Below the pieces are notes generated by a model. The model worked only from the letters and a program-made list of their open reading frames with translations. It ran no database searches and was not told where the DNA came from. Positions 47,119-57,486 of a DNA stretch of 64,000 nt are shown piece by piece. Numbering within the stretch: the first letter of the stretch is position 1; each line of letters starts with the position of its first letter. Origin of the DNA: an uncultured bacterium (GTDB lineage Bacteria > UBP6 > UBA1177); assembly GCA_947305505.1 (NCBI GenBank), contig CAMZDX010000001.1:22621-86620 (forward strand). Reading direction: 5' to 3'. A program made the position numbers and the translations under genes.

Positions 47119-48969
47119 ATGCCTGAAACGGTAAAAAAACTTTTTAAATTCAAAAATCCCCAGTCTTATTCATACTTTATTCTGATTTTCTCGGTTTACT
47201 GGTCGATGAAGTTTTTTCTCGGCTTCTACATGTTCGACAAAGTGGGAAGCGAGACTCTGATCTTTGTGCCGCCTTTTTCCCTGCTTTTGAACGTGACCGA
47301 TATCCTTTTCTGTCTTATCGCAGCATATACCATTGATTTTATTGCAAAAAACAACAAATATTTATTTTTCATACTTACTTGGGCGACATTCCCGCCGATT
47401 TATTATTTTGCAATCAAGGGTTACATAATTTATCTCTATTTTCACGGATTCGTTAACTTCGGACTCAACAATTTCCTTGGCTCGAAAGGAAACGAAACTG
47501 TGAATTTCATTCTTTACGCTCTAGATGTTTACGCCGTCATGTTTCTGATTTTTCTCTTGATTGTCACGGTTTTATATCTGATTTTTGCAAAAAAATTGGG
47601 AAGTTTCGTTGCTGAAAAAAGAGCAGATCTTCCGATTTTCTTTCTGATAGCAGCCCTTCTTCTGCTTCCGTTCAGAATCGCTTTTTCGGAAAAATGCGAA
47701 AGAATCGACGCAAGCCCGCTTTTTGAACTTCCTTTAAGCTATCTCACCATGCCTAACTATATGCCGCGTAATTATTCCAAAGATTTCAGACCTCCGCATG
47801 AACTTATTTTCGGCAGAGAAAAAAGCAGTGTCAAAGTTGAAAAAGGAGAACTCAAAAAGAAAAGAAACATTCTGATTTTACTAATAGAATCGACATCTTA
47901 CAGTAAAAAAGAAAGACTTGGTTTCTTCAACTACTTTCAGAAAAACTCAGTCGAAGCAACAAATTTCAGAGCATGTTTCCCCGGAACCACAAGGTCTCTT
48001 ATTTCAACAATGTGCGGAACTTACAGCGGAACCGGGTTTACAGCTCTGACGCGCTATCAGCCCGATTTCACCTGCACTTCCCTGCAGAAAAAGTTAGGTG
48101 AAAACGGATACCGGACAGCTCTTTTTTCAGCAGTAAATCTTTCCTACGACGATTTTGATCAGGCAAAAATGCTTAAAGATTTTAACATCATAGAAGAACC
48201 GTCGACTTTGACGAAACGCTATACGCCGAAAAAAATCCACGGAACGGGAAACGCGATTGAAGAAGAGATTCCGATTGAAGAAATCATAAAATTCATGAAA
48301 AAAGACGAAAATCCCTTTTTCGTTTTTTACTATGTTTACTGGACTCACAGCCCTTACGAACATCCCTTCAAAGATACGGGCAACCTGCCGCTTGAAGAGC
48401 GTTACGACGAATCGCTGAAGTATGTTGACGAGTCGGTTCAGAAACTGTTTGAAAAGATGAAAGAAAACAATCTTTTCGATGAAACTGTGATAATCGCCAC
48501 TTCCGACCACGGTCAGGCTTTCGGAGAGCATCCCGGAAACTACACTCACAGCAACTACATTTACGAAGAATCGGTAAAAGTTCCGTTTATAATGAGAAGC
48601 CCCGATTTTTCAGAACAAAAACAGACAGTTGATGTAGATGCGGCACATTTTGACATTCCGGCGACAATACTCGAGTTTGCAGGAATAAAGCAGCCTGAAA
48701 ACTGGGACGGACAGTCTCTGATTTCTGGAAATTACAAGCAGAAACCGAAGCTGATGTTTTCACGCGGGATCGTTTACAGCGACGGAATCCTCGACGGCAA
48801 CTACAAATACATTTACTATCCTGACGGCAAAAAGGAAGAACTTTACGATTTAAGCACAGATCCGCTCGAAAAGAACAACATTTCAAAAGAAAACAAAGAA
48901 AAAACTGATAAATATCAGCAGCTTTTTAGAGAATGGATCCCTTATCAGCAGGATAGAATCACAAAGTAG
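47119..48969 (+). CDS. LtaS/phosphoglycerol-transferase-like sulfatase-family enzyme (N-terminal 5-TM domain + alkaline-phosphatase-like domain)
   Basis: Five N-terminal TM helices, then a sulfatase-type domain (ATSDHGQAFGEH; YWTHSPYEHPF). Confidence 0.75.
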   Translation: MPETVKKLFKFKNPQSYSYFILIFSVYWSMKFFLGFYMFDKVGSETLIFVPPFSLLLNVTDILFCLIAAYTIDFIAKNNKYLFFILTWATFPPIYYFAIKGYIIYLYFHGFVNFGLNNFLGSKGNETVNFILYALDVYAVMFLIFLLIVTVLYLIFAKKLGSFVAEKRADLPIFFLIAALLLLPFRIAFSEKCERIDASPLFELPLSYLTMPNYMPRNYSKDFRPPHELIFGREKSSVKVEKGELKKKRNILILLIESTSYSKKERLGFFNYFQKNSVEATNFRACFPGTTRSLISTMCGTYSGTGFTALTRYQPDFTCTSLQKKLGENGYRTALFSAVNLSYDDFDQAKMLKDFNIIEEPSTLTKRYTPKKIHGTGNAIEEEIPIEEIIKFMKKDENPFFVFYYVYWTHSPYEHPFKDTGNLPLEERYDESLKYVDESVQKLFEKMKENNLFDETVIIATSDHGQAFGEHPGNYTHSNYIYEESVKVPFIMRSPDFSEQKQTVDVDAAHFDIPATILEFAGIKQPENWDGQSLISGNYKQKPKLMFSRGIVYSDGILDGNYKYIYYPDGKKEELYDLSTDPLEKNNISKENKEKTDKYQQLFREWIPYQQDRITK

Positions 48970-51900
48970 CTACTTGATTTCTTTAGTTTTTAGTCCCGAA
49001 ATTTCTACAAGTTTTCTGCCTGAATCAGTGCAGAGCACGATCGATTTTCTGTCTGCAATGCAAAAACCTTTTGAAGGGATATTTTGCTGAAAAAATTCGA
49101 TTTTTCCGATTGAAACGGGAAGAACGAGTTTGTTTGCCATAATCAGAGCGGTTTGAAGCATTGAATCGATCAAAGTCGGCGTAATTGTTGAAGATTTATT
49201 GAAATCTGAGAATGAAAGTTCTCTTTTTTCTCCGCGGATCCATGAGGCTAGACAAAAATCTTTTTTAAGAGACAAAACTTCTTTTATGTGACGGAAAAAT
49301 TTCCCGTGAAAAACAGGTTTCGGAATAAATTTTTCAATATCAAGCGGCTTTTTAGAAATTTTCGGAAGTACAACCGAACAGCTCTGGCATTTTAAATTAT
49401 CAAAATAAAATTCGCATGTTACAACATTTTGAGAAAAACCGTCAAGGCTCGTCCGCAGCACTGCAACAATCAAATTATCCGAATTTTTAGAGACTGCGGC
49501 AAAAGAACGGAGCTCTATTGGCGAGGCATCTGAAAAAATAACCGGCGAAGAAATTTTAATATTTTTTATCTCTCTCAAATTTCTGCTCCCGGCAATCAGC
49601 GCTGCATTTTTGGAAAGCAGCTCCAGGATAAAAACGATCGGAAGAACAACCGCTCCGTTTACAACATGGTCGAGAAGATAAACATCCTGATTTATTGACA
49701 TTTTTGTCTGAGTTACAATTTCAGTTTTCGGAATAAAACGGATGATCCTCGTATTTTTCGAGCTGCTCAGACTGCTGTATTCGGGATATAAATTCGCCTC
49801 AAGATGCTGGGCAAGCCTTCCCGTAACGACCGAAATCTTTGAATCGGAAAAAATGATATCTTTGTAAGCCTCAACGCCGTCGTTTGTTGAAAGCGGAACG
49901 ACACCGACACTTTTGAGATAGTCGATGACATTGTCTTTTTTGCCCATGCCGGTTTCGTTCCACACGGTATAACCGACTGATTTTGCCGGAATATTCATTT
50001 TATTTAAAAGCAGACACAGATAGTCCAGCCAGCTGTTTGCAAAAGTGTAGTCGGCCTGCATCCTCATTCCGGTTTTTGCAAGAACGGACGAAATCAAATG
50101 AACGAATTTCAGGTTTTCGGTGTCACAGAGAGATAAAATATCAAGCAGACTGCCAACTTTTACAGCCAGACACCTGTCAAAACTGCTTTTTTCCATATCC
50201 TGAAAAAGTGCATAGTTGCTGATTCCAGCTCCATGCAGGATTCCGCTGATTTTTCCGTGATTTTTTATGATTTCTTTAATAGTTTTCTTGGTTTTTGCAC
50301 TGTCAGACAAATCGCATGAATAGTAAAAAACATCCTGCGCATACTTTTTCAAAGCCGTCATATTTGCAAGTGTTTTCGAACCGACTCTGAAAACTTCATC
50401 TTTTTCTGTTGAACCGACAAGAACAAAACGGCATTGCAGAATTCTGCTCAATGCAAGAGTATGCTCGAAAGTTATCCCTTTTGCTCCGCCGGTAACGAGA
50501 ACCAAGTCGGCCTTATCACATAACACATTATATTTATTTGATTTTTCGCTGTATGATTCGACTGCCGCCCAGGTTTTTCTATTTAAATTTTCATCGTAAA
50601 CAATGTGCATATTTCCGTTTATGAAAGCTTCAGACTCCTTTTTTATCAAAAGTCGAGTTATCGGTTCATCAATATTTTCATGGATCGAAAGCCACAGAAA
50701 TTCACCGTGCGTGTACTCCAGGCGCAAGGTTTTGAGAAGTGCCGCAGCAGGATTCAAAGAATCTGCAATATCTGAAAAACGCGAAACAAAAACAAGTCTG
50801 AATTTTGAGTGTATCGGATCTTTATCTTTTAAAAACAGCTTTAATTCAGCAAAAACATTTTCAGAGAATTTTGCAAAATTCTTTTTTAAACCATTAAAAT
50901 CATTAAATTTATTTATTTTGTCGGTATAAAAAACGAAAGTGTCGGTTTTTGATGCCGGATCACCTTTTCCATGCTTTGAAAAAGGAGCATCGCAAAGCCT
51001 GATTTCAAAAGTTTTTATCCATTCAGGAATAACACCTGGAGTTGTAAGCGATGCTTTTTTATCATTTCTGAGATCTGTTTCCGAGTAACTTTCAGCAGCG
51101 TCAGCCTGCATCGTATCAATGATTTCCCGGATCGTGGATTCCGAAAAAAGTGTCGGACTTGCAATAATTTCACCCGGTTTAATCTTTCTTCCCAAAGCAA
51201 GCATAAACTCGGCACCTTTTAAAGAATCAAAATTCAAATCATATTTGAGATTCATATCAATGTTTATATTTTCCTTAGCGAAACCGGTCTTGTCTGCAAT
51301 CCAGTTGATTGCAAAATCGTAGATATTTTCTTCTTTTTCTGATGTTTTTTCGTCTGAATTTTTCTTCTCCGCAGGCTCTTTTTCCAAAGGATTCGCGATA
51401 AACGAATGTCTCTGCAACTTATTGAAATCAAAAGGCAATTTGCTGTTTTTATTTAACAGATTTCCGTTCAGCCAAAGAAGAGCAACTATTGAAAGAATGG
51501 ATTTCTGCGGAGTTTTTTCAGCACCATCGGTTGCCTCCGACAAAAAATCAGTTTTCAGAATATCTGGAAGAAGTGATTTCAAAACATCTTTAGGACCGCA
51601 TTCGATGAAAAGATTTATCCCGGAATCATTCATATTTTTTATCGTTTCGCAGAAATTTACAGGCTTTAGAATCTGCTCTGACAAATATTCTGCAAAATCA
51701 GCACAGTCAGCTTTTTTGGCTGTAACAGTTGAAAAAAGAGGCAGTTTTTTGCTATGTTTAAAACTGATTTTTTTGAGAAATTTTTTGAAATCGCCAGCCG
51801 CCTTTTTCATAAAAACAGAGTGGAAAGCATTGGAAACATTGAGTTTTTTATAACCAATAGAAAGGACATCAAGGAAGCTTGCAAGTTTTTCTATTTCAGT

Positions 51901-54186
51901 TTCCGAACCCGAAAGAACGACCTGCTTTTCAGAATTTATGTTGGCAAAATTGAGTTTCGCTTTTGAACTTTTCAAAATGTTTTCTGCCGTCTCGAAGTCG
52001 CAGAAAAGCGCTATCATGCCGGTGTTTTCAGTGCTTCCCGACATGAGCAGACCTCTTTTTGCCGCGATTTTTACGGCAACGGTATCAGGAATCACGCCTG
52101 TTGCGCACAAAGCAGTGATTTCTCCCAGGCTGTGTCCTGTAAAATAAATGTCTGAAAGTGAATATTTTTTCAAAACATCAAGAAAAACAAGCGATGTTGC
52201 AACAATTGCGGGCTGAGCATATTTTGTCAGGGTAACTGCCGCATCTTTCGATTTTAAATCCGAATCCGAATATTTCCAGCGGTTTTCAAGAACGAAACCG
52301 GCAATTCCTTCTGGAATTATTTCTTTAACGGCTGAATCGAGCTTGTTGAAATACTCTTTTTCTTCTGGAAAACTTGTCAGAATTTCAGCGAGCATTCCGA
52401 AATACTGGCTTCCCTGCCCCGGAAACATGAATGCCGCGGCTGAAGAGTTCTTTTCTGCCGAAAATCCGCATGACAAAGAAGCATCAAAAAACGAATTTTT
52501 CTTTTTGATTTCAGAGATGAGCGTTTCGCACTTATCCTGGAATGACGAGGGATTATCCGCTACGACCGCAGCTTTATAACCGTTTGATTTCACTGATTTA
52601 TTGTATTTTTCAGAGAAATCTGAAATTTCAGAAGAACTCATATTTTTTGCAGCTTCTGCAATTTTTGAGATCTCATTTTCGAGAGCCTTTTTCGTCGGAG
52701 CCGAAACCATGAACATAAACGAGCTTGTCTCCGGTTCTACTTTTGCGGCAGGATAAATTTTCCTCTCTTTTTCAGGAATAAATTCTTCCATTGTTATGTG
52801 CGCATTCGATCCGCCGAAGCCGAAAGCGCTGACTGAAGCCCTGCGCTTGTGCTCATGCGCCGTCCATATTCTGCCTTCCATCGAAGGCTGCAGGAATTCC
52901 GGCGGTCTGCCGAAAGCCGAATTCGGAATAAAACATCCTGTCGTCGGCGGAATAAAATGATTTTCAAGAGCAAGTAGAGCCTTTATCGCACTGAATGCAC
53001 CGGCAGCTGCCTTCAAATGACCGATATTCGCCTTCAGGCTTCCGATATAGGAAACATCTTTTTTCTTTTTGCTCATAACCGAAAGCAGGGCTTCGATCTC
53101 TGCCGCATCGCCGCGCACTGTGCCGGTGCCGTGACCTTCGAAATAATCGACTGAATCAATTGTGTATCCTGCTTTTCTGTAAGTTTTTTGAAGAGCGACC
53201 GCCTGACCTTCAGCTTTCGGAGCCGTTATCGCTTCACCGTTTCCGTCGGAAGAAAAGGCAAAACCTTTGATTACCGCTTTGGGAACAAAACCGTATTCAA
53301 GCGCGGTTTTCAAATCGGCCAGAAGCAGAAGTGCGCAGCCCTCGCCCGGCAGCATTCCGTTTGCACGGATATCATAAGGGAGAATATTCTCTTTCGCAAA
53401 AGCACCAACCTTGGAAAATCCGACATATTCAAAAGGATCGAGACTTATATCTACTCCGCCGCAGAGTGCAAAATCAAGATCGCCCGATTCAATGGCAAAG
53501 CAGGCGTTTATTACCGATAGCAGAGAAGATGAACACGCGCCGTCAACAGTATATGCGCCGCCGCGGAAATCAAAGAAGTTGGCAATCCTTCCGGCAATAA
53601 TGTTCGACATTCCGCCTGTCAGCGAATCTTCGTTGATTTCAGGCAGCATTCCGACCATATCTTTTTCAAACTGGGCTGCAATTTCTGCTTTTGCATCGGA
53701 ATCAAGTTCAAAGTGGTTCAAAGCCCGATTCAACCTGTCTTTTATCGTGCTGAAACGCGATTTTAGAGTGAAACTTCTGGCAAATTCGCCCGTAATGCTG
53801 TTGCCGATAACCACACCTTTTCTGCTCGGATCAATTTGTTTTAAGAAACCGAATTTATTCAACAATTTATCGGCAGTATCAAGAGCCAGCCAGTGAGTTA
53901 TGTCGTAGTGTTCCGCACTCAGCGGAGAAATTTTGTATTTCAGCGGATCGAACTTCCAATCGGTAATCAAGGCCATGAGGCGGGTCGCGCTTTTATCCGG
54001 AACATTTCCGTTTTTTGAATAGTAGAGTTCTTCGGGCAGCCTGACATCGGGCATGATCCTGAACTCTTTTTTTCTTTCCATTACGGTTTTCCATACATCC
54101 GCCGGAGTTTTTATACCTGGCCCTATGCATGAAAAATCAAGAACGGCTACTTCACGTTTATTGATGACGCCCATGAAATCTCCCAA
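48970..54186 (-). CDS. Type I polyketide synthase, PfaA-like single module (KS-AT-ACP-KR-DH), 1738 aa
   Basis: KS domain: TVDGACSSSLL, EGHGTGT, NIGHLKAAAG. AT domain: FTGHSLGEITAL, AFHS. ACP domain: LNFDSLKGAEF. KR domain: VLVTGGAKGITFEH. DH domain: LLDHVVNGAVVLP. Confidence 0.85.
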   Translation of the reverse strand: MGDFMGVINKREVAVLDFSCIGPGIKTPADVWKTVMERKKEFRIMPDVRLPEELYYSKNGNVPDKSATRLMALITDWKFDPLKYKISPLSAEHYDITHWLALDTADKLLNKFGFLKQIDPSRKGVVIGNSITGEFARSFTLKSRFSTIKDRLNRALNHFELDSDAKAEIAAQFEKDMVGMLPEINEDSLTGGMSNIIAGRIANFFDFRGGAYTVDGACSSSLLSVINACFAIESGDLDFALCGGVDISLDPFEYVGFSKVGAFAKENILPYDIRANGMLPGEGCALLLLADLKTALEYGFVPKAVIKGFAFSSDGNGEAITAPKAEGQAVALQKTYRKAGYTIDSVDYFEGHGTGTVRGDAAEIEALLSVMSKKKKDVSYIGSLKANIGHLKAAAGAFSAIKALLALENHFIPPTTGCFIPNSAFGRPPEFLQPSMEGRIWTAHEHKRRASVSAFGFGGSNAHITMEEFIPEKERKIYPAAKVEPETSSFMFMVSAPTKKALENEISKIAEAAKNMSSSEISDFSEKYNKSVKSNGYKAAVVADNPSSFQDKCETLISEIKKKNSFFDASLSCGFSAEKNSSAAAFMFPGQGSQYFGMLAEILTSFPEEKEYFNKLDSAVKEIIPEGIAGFVLENRWKYSDSDLKSKDAAVTLTKYAQPAIVATSLVFLDVLKKYSLSDIYFTGHSLGEITALCATGVIPDTVAVKIAAKRGLLMSGSTENTGMIALFCDFETAENILKSSKAKLNFANINSEKQVVLSGSETEIEKLASFLDVLSIGYKKLNVSNAFHSVFMKKAAGDFKKFLKKISFKHSKKLPLFSTVTAKKADCADFAEYLSEQILKPVNFCETIKNMNDSGINLFIECGPKDVLKSLLPDILKTDFLSEATDGAEKTPQKSILSIVALLWLNGNLLNKNSKLPFDFNKLQRHSFIANPLEKEPAEKKNSDEKTSEKEENIYDFAINWIADKTGFAKENINIDMNLKYDLNFDSLKGAEFMLALGRKIKPGEIIASPTLFSESTIREIIDTMQADAAESYSETDLRNDKKASLTTPGVIPEWIKTFEIRLCDAPFSKHGKGDPASKTDTFVFYTDKINKFNDFNGLKKNFAKFSENVFAELKLFLKDKDPIHSKFRLVFVSRFSDIADSLNPAAALLKTLRLEYTHGEFLWLSIHENIDEPITRLLIKKESEAFINGNMHIVYDENLNRKTWAAVESYSEKSNKYNVLCDKADLVLVTGGAKGITFEHTLALSRILQCRFVLVGSTEKDEVFRVGSKTLANMTALKKYAQDVFYYSCDLSDSAKTKKTIKEIIKNHGKISGILHGAGISNYALFQDMEKSSFDRCLAVKVGSLLDILSLCDTENLKFVHLISSVLAKTGMRMQADYTFANSWLDYLCLLLNKMNIPAKSVGYTVWNETGMGKKDNVIDYLKSVGVVPLSTNDGVEAYKDIIFSDSKISVVTGRLAQHLEANLYPEYSSLSSSKNTRIIRFIPKTEIVTQTKMSINQDVYLLDHVVNGAVVLPIVFILELLSKNAALIAGSRNLREIKNIKISSPVIFSDASPIELRSFAAVSKNSDNLIVAVLRTSLDGFSQNVVTCEFYFDNLKCQSCSVVLPKISKKPLDIEKFIPKPVFHGKFFRHIKEVLSLKKDFCLASWIRGEKRELSFSDFNKSSTITPTLIDSMLQTALIMANKLVLPVSIGKIEFFQQNIPSKGFCIADRKSIVLCTDSGRKLVEISGLKTKEIK

Positions 54187-54215
54187 AAAAGCCGCGCTAT
54201 TATACTCAAATTTTC

Positions 54216-55442
54216 TTAAAATGCGAGCTGGATTTCATCTTTCTGCCGAAACTCGTTTTCTATCACTTTTATTGCGTTGATCTTCTGTTCAACACTTGCG
54301 TGCTGGTAAATTTCATGCACCATAACGGATCTGTGTCCCACAAGTTCCATCACGACATTCATCGGGATCCCGTTCGCCGCGCACAGCGAGACGAAACTAT
54401 GTCGGAAACTGTGAAAACCGTAAATCGTGCTTTTTCTGAAACACCTTTCGTTTTCGACCTTGGTTTCAATACCTGCCTTTTGAAAAAAATTCTGCACCAT
54501 TGTTGCAATATTCCCTTTTGCTTTCAGATATCCTTCAGCAATTTTAGGAATAACATAGTTTGTCACATTATTTTTCTGCTCAGATTTCAACATTTTCAAC
54601 TCATCGCACAGACCGCCCAGCAGCGGTATTTCAAGGTTCCTTTTCAGGTGCTTCGTTTTATTCGGCAATCTTACAATAACTCTATTTTCAAAATCGACCT
54701 CGCTCCACTTCAAAGTAGCAGCATCACCCAGTCTGAGTCCGGTATAAAAACCGATCATGCACAAAGTTCTGATATCTCCTCGTGCATTCATAAAAATCTG
54801 TTTCAACTGTGCCTTTGAAAACGGACGCTTGGAAACATGCCCCTCGCGCTTCTTGTCGACCTCCGACCAGACGTTTTTGCGTAAGCCGGCTTCTTCCGCC
54901 AAAGCTGAAAATATCGACCTGAATTTTGTAATTCTTTCATTGTATGTGCGCTCGGCGATCCCCTTTTCCCACTCTGAACAGAGAAATTTTTCGGCAATTC
55001 CCTTGTCTATTTCGCTCAAATACCTGACATCCGGAAAATTTTTGTTCACAAATGCGACGAATTTATTCCACATACTGCGGTAATCTTCGTAGCCTCTTTC
55101 TGAAATCGTCCGTTTGCGCGGCTTCTTTTTAAAAAGCTCGAAAGTATCTTCCATTGCAACCGTTTTCACTTTTATACTGTTCAGTTCTTCGATGGCACTG
55201 CGCAAGGCCGCTTCTTTTTCCTCCGGCTCAAGAATCTCCACTTTTTTTATCACCTGTTTCAGATAAAAATACCAGTCCAGATCCAACTTCAGCTGCATAC
55301 ACCTTTCTTCAGCTTTTTTTGTTGCCTCACGAAGCGAGTTTGTCCTTGTAGATTCAACGATGCGCCTGCCGTTGATCATTACCTGAAAATAGTAGTTTCT
55401 GCTTCCTCTTTTCTTAAAAACACTAACCATTTCACGTTTCAC
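54216..55442 (-). CDS. Tyrosine-type site-specific recombinase/integrase (phage integrase family)
   Basis: Catalytic-domain residues R...HSFRHSF...LVGHRSVMVHEIYQH (R-H-R-Y tetrad region). N-terminal SAM-like/arm-binding part. 408 aa. Confidence 0.8.
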   Translation of the reverse strand: MKREMVSVFKKRGSRNYYFQVMINGRRIVESTRTNSLREATKKAEERCMQLKLDLDWYFYLKQVIKKVEILEPEEKEAALRSAIEELNSIKVKTVAMEDTFELFKKKPRKRTISERGYEDYRSMWNKFVAFVNKNFPDVRYLSEIDKGIAEKFLCSEWEKGIAERTYNERITKFRSIFSALAEEAGLRKNVWSEVDKKREGHVSKRPFSKAQLKQIFMNARGDIRTLCMIGFYTGLRLGDAATLKWSEVDFENRVIVRLPNKTKHLKRNLEIPLLGGLCDELKMLKSEQKNNVTNYVIPKIAEGYLKAKGNIATMVQNFFQKAGIETKVENERCFRKSTIYGFHSFRHSFVSLCAANGIPMNVVMELVGHRSVMVHEIYQHASVEQKINAIKVIENEFRQKDEIQLAF

Positions 55443-55544
55443 CTTTTCAAAATAAATTTATAAAATTACACCGTTTTTTACACCATTAACAGAAATAAAC
55501 CAGTCAGCCATCGCAAAAATCAAAAAAAAATCATGTATAATTAA

Positions 55545-56600
55545 CATGTTAACATACACGATGATTCTTTATATTACGGTTGTCCAAGCGGTAGTTACTA
55601 TGAAGGCGGTTCCTGCAAAACAACGAAATGCGGCGACGGAATTGTAAACAGTGAACACTGCGAAAGTGTCGGTTCTGAATATACCTGCATATTCACAGTC
55701 GGCAGAAATGAAGTTTGTGATGACGGCGGTAAAAACGGACAATATGCGGGTGTCGCTACGAGATCGAACTGCAAGAGCGACTGCAGCGGAAAAATCAAAG
55801 GCGGTTCGGAATACTTCTGCGGTGACGGAAAAGTTCAGTATAAATCTGGCGATACATGTTACGGTTCGGCATGCAAACAGGTAACTGAAGGCAACTATCC
55901 GGGTGCCACAATTTCTGCCTTCACGCAATCGGAACAGTGTGACCCGAAGAGCGGCGCCAATGACAGAGCAACTCTCTGCAAATCTAAAGGGTACGGAGAT
56001 CACAGTTACTACGACAACACCAACTCTGTTCCGAGCTGCGGAAACGACTGCAAAATAACTATAAGCCAGTATGAAGGCTGCGCTTACTGCGGAGACGGAA
56101 AGGTTCAGAAAGCAAGCGGCACTCTGACTTATGTCTCAGCTGATTACTCCAATGTTTCTGGAGCAAGTGAATACTGCGATCCGGGAAAGGATTACAACAA
56201 TGATACAGGAACCAAAGAACTCTGCAACGCGGCACTGAGTTTAACCAGAACAAGTTACTATACTCCAAGTACGCGACCAACATGTTCAGGCGGTTGTGAT
56301 AAAAGCAGCATAAAGAATGCGACACAGGGAACTAACTGCCAGTGGTGCGGTGACGGAACTGTTAACGGGTCAGAAAAATGTGATACAGGGATAAGTACTC
56401 TGTATTCCTGTTATGAAGCAACTTCATGGACAACTGGTTCTGGTAATAGTGAGGAATCGCACTCTGGTTATAATGTCTACAAAATGAATTGTTCCACCGG
56501 CTGTTCGTGGGGTAGTAAAACCTCATTGTCAACTCAATCTAGTTCTTATACTTATTCCGGTTACACAAATAAAGGAACTTGCTCCAGCTTCGGTTTATAA
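55545..56600 (+). pseudogene. 5'-truncated gene fragment of a secreted Cys-rich repeat protein (CGDGxV / 'Myxococcus cysteine-rich repeat'-like)
   Basis: Open frame of ~350 codons. It has no ATG/GTG/TTG until ~40 codons from its end and does not appear in the ORF track. Encodes repeated C-x-x-CGDGKV-x-x-x-E-x-CD motifs. The frame opens right after a TAA at 55542-44, ~100 nt from the integrase start. Confidence 0.45.
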
Positions 56601-56619
56601 ATAACCCTACAACATATAA

Positions 56620-57486
56620 ATGTGGATAGAATCTTTATTTAATGGTTTTTTAGCTTCTTATACAATAACAGCTCAGCTTTTGTTTATGTCATTTGTTTTG
56701 ATGATTCCGCTAGAGCTTTATTTGGCAGATGGATTTAATGTGTCGAAAATAAAGTTTTTCTTTTTTTCATTAATTGCCCTTTATTTTTCATACTTGTTTG
56801 CACGGATTTTTCATGCCTACTTCGATTCAAGTCAAATAATGAAAACAGTAAGAACTTTCAATTGGAAAGAGCAGTTACGCTATTTTTTATTTCCTTATGC
56901 TGGCGGAATAATGTTCTACGGTTCATTGATAGGAAGTATGGTTGGAATTTCTATCATTTATCCTGTTTTGAAAAAAGATAAAGCGGCTTATTTGAGATGT
57001 TTTGACATTACCATTATATGTTTTGCATTTACTGCAATCTTTTCCAGACTTGCTGATTTTTCATTCAGTGATTCATTTGGATTTCCTTTTGATTCCTCTT
57101 TCAGTCTAGTTTTTCCGTCTGGAAGTGCAGCTGCGAAACAACTTGCCAAACGTGGAGTTATCGAAATGGGAATGCCGACTCCGCCGCTTTTCCCGACTCA
57201 GCCGATAATGATTATGGCAAAAATCATTATCTTCTTTGTCCTTCTTCTAAAATGTTTTCAAGACAAGAAAAAAGTTCCGTTGAATTATGTGGCTTTGTAC
57301 TTCCTGATGTATGGACCTTACAGAATCTGCATTGATTTTTTCAGATTCGATGGAGCCGCATATTTTCTCGGACTGACGACTTCACAGTGGCTTTCGATTG
57401 TTTTCACTGTTCTCGCAATTTTGTATTACAAATTTTTGTATAAAAAATTGGAACAAAAATACTGCTTAAATGAGATTGCAAAATGA
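56620..57486 (+). CDS. Divergent prolipoprotein diacylglyceryl transferase (Lgt)-like membrane protein
   Basis: YAGGIMFYGSLIGSMVG resembles Lgt DGGMSFHGGLIG. IDFFRFDGAAYFLGLTTSQWLSI resembles Lgt EFFRQPDAQ...ISMGQILSI. The Lgt signature GRLGNF is SRLADF here. Confidence 0.5.
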   Translation: MWIESLFNGFLASYTITAQLLFMSFVLMIPLELYLADGFNVSKIKFFFFSLIALYFSYLFARIFHAYFDSSQIMKTVRTFNWKEQLRYFLFPYAGGIMFYGSLIGSMVGISIIYPVLKKDKAAYLRCFDITIICFAFTAIFSRLADFSFSDSFGFPFDSSFSLVFPSGSAAAKQLAKRGVIEMGMPTPPLFPTQPIMIMAKIIIFFVLLLKCFQDKKKVPLNYVALYFLMYGPYRICIDFFRFDGAAYFLGLTTSQWLSIVFTVLAILYYKFLYKKLEQKYCLNEIAK

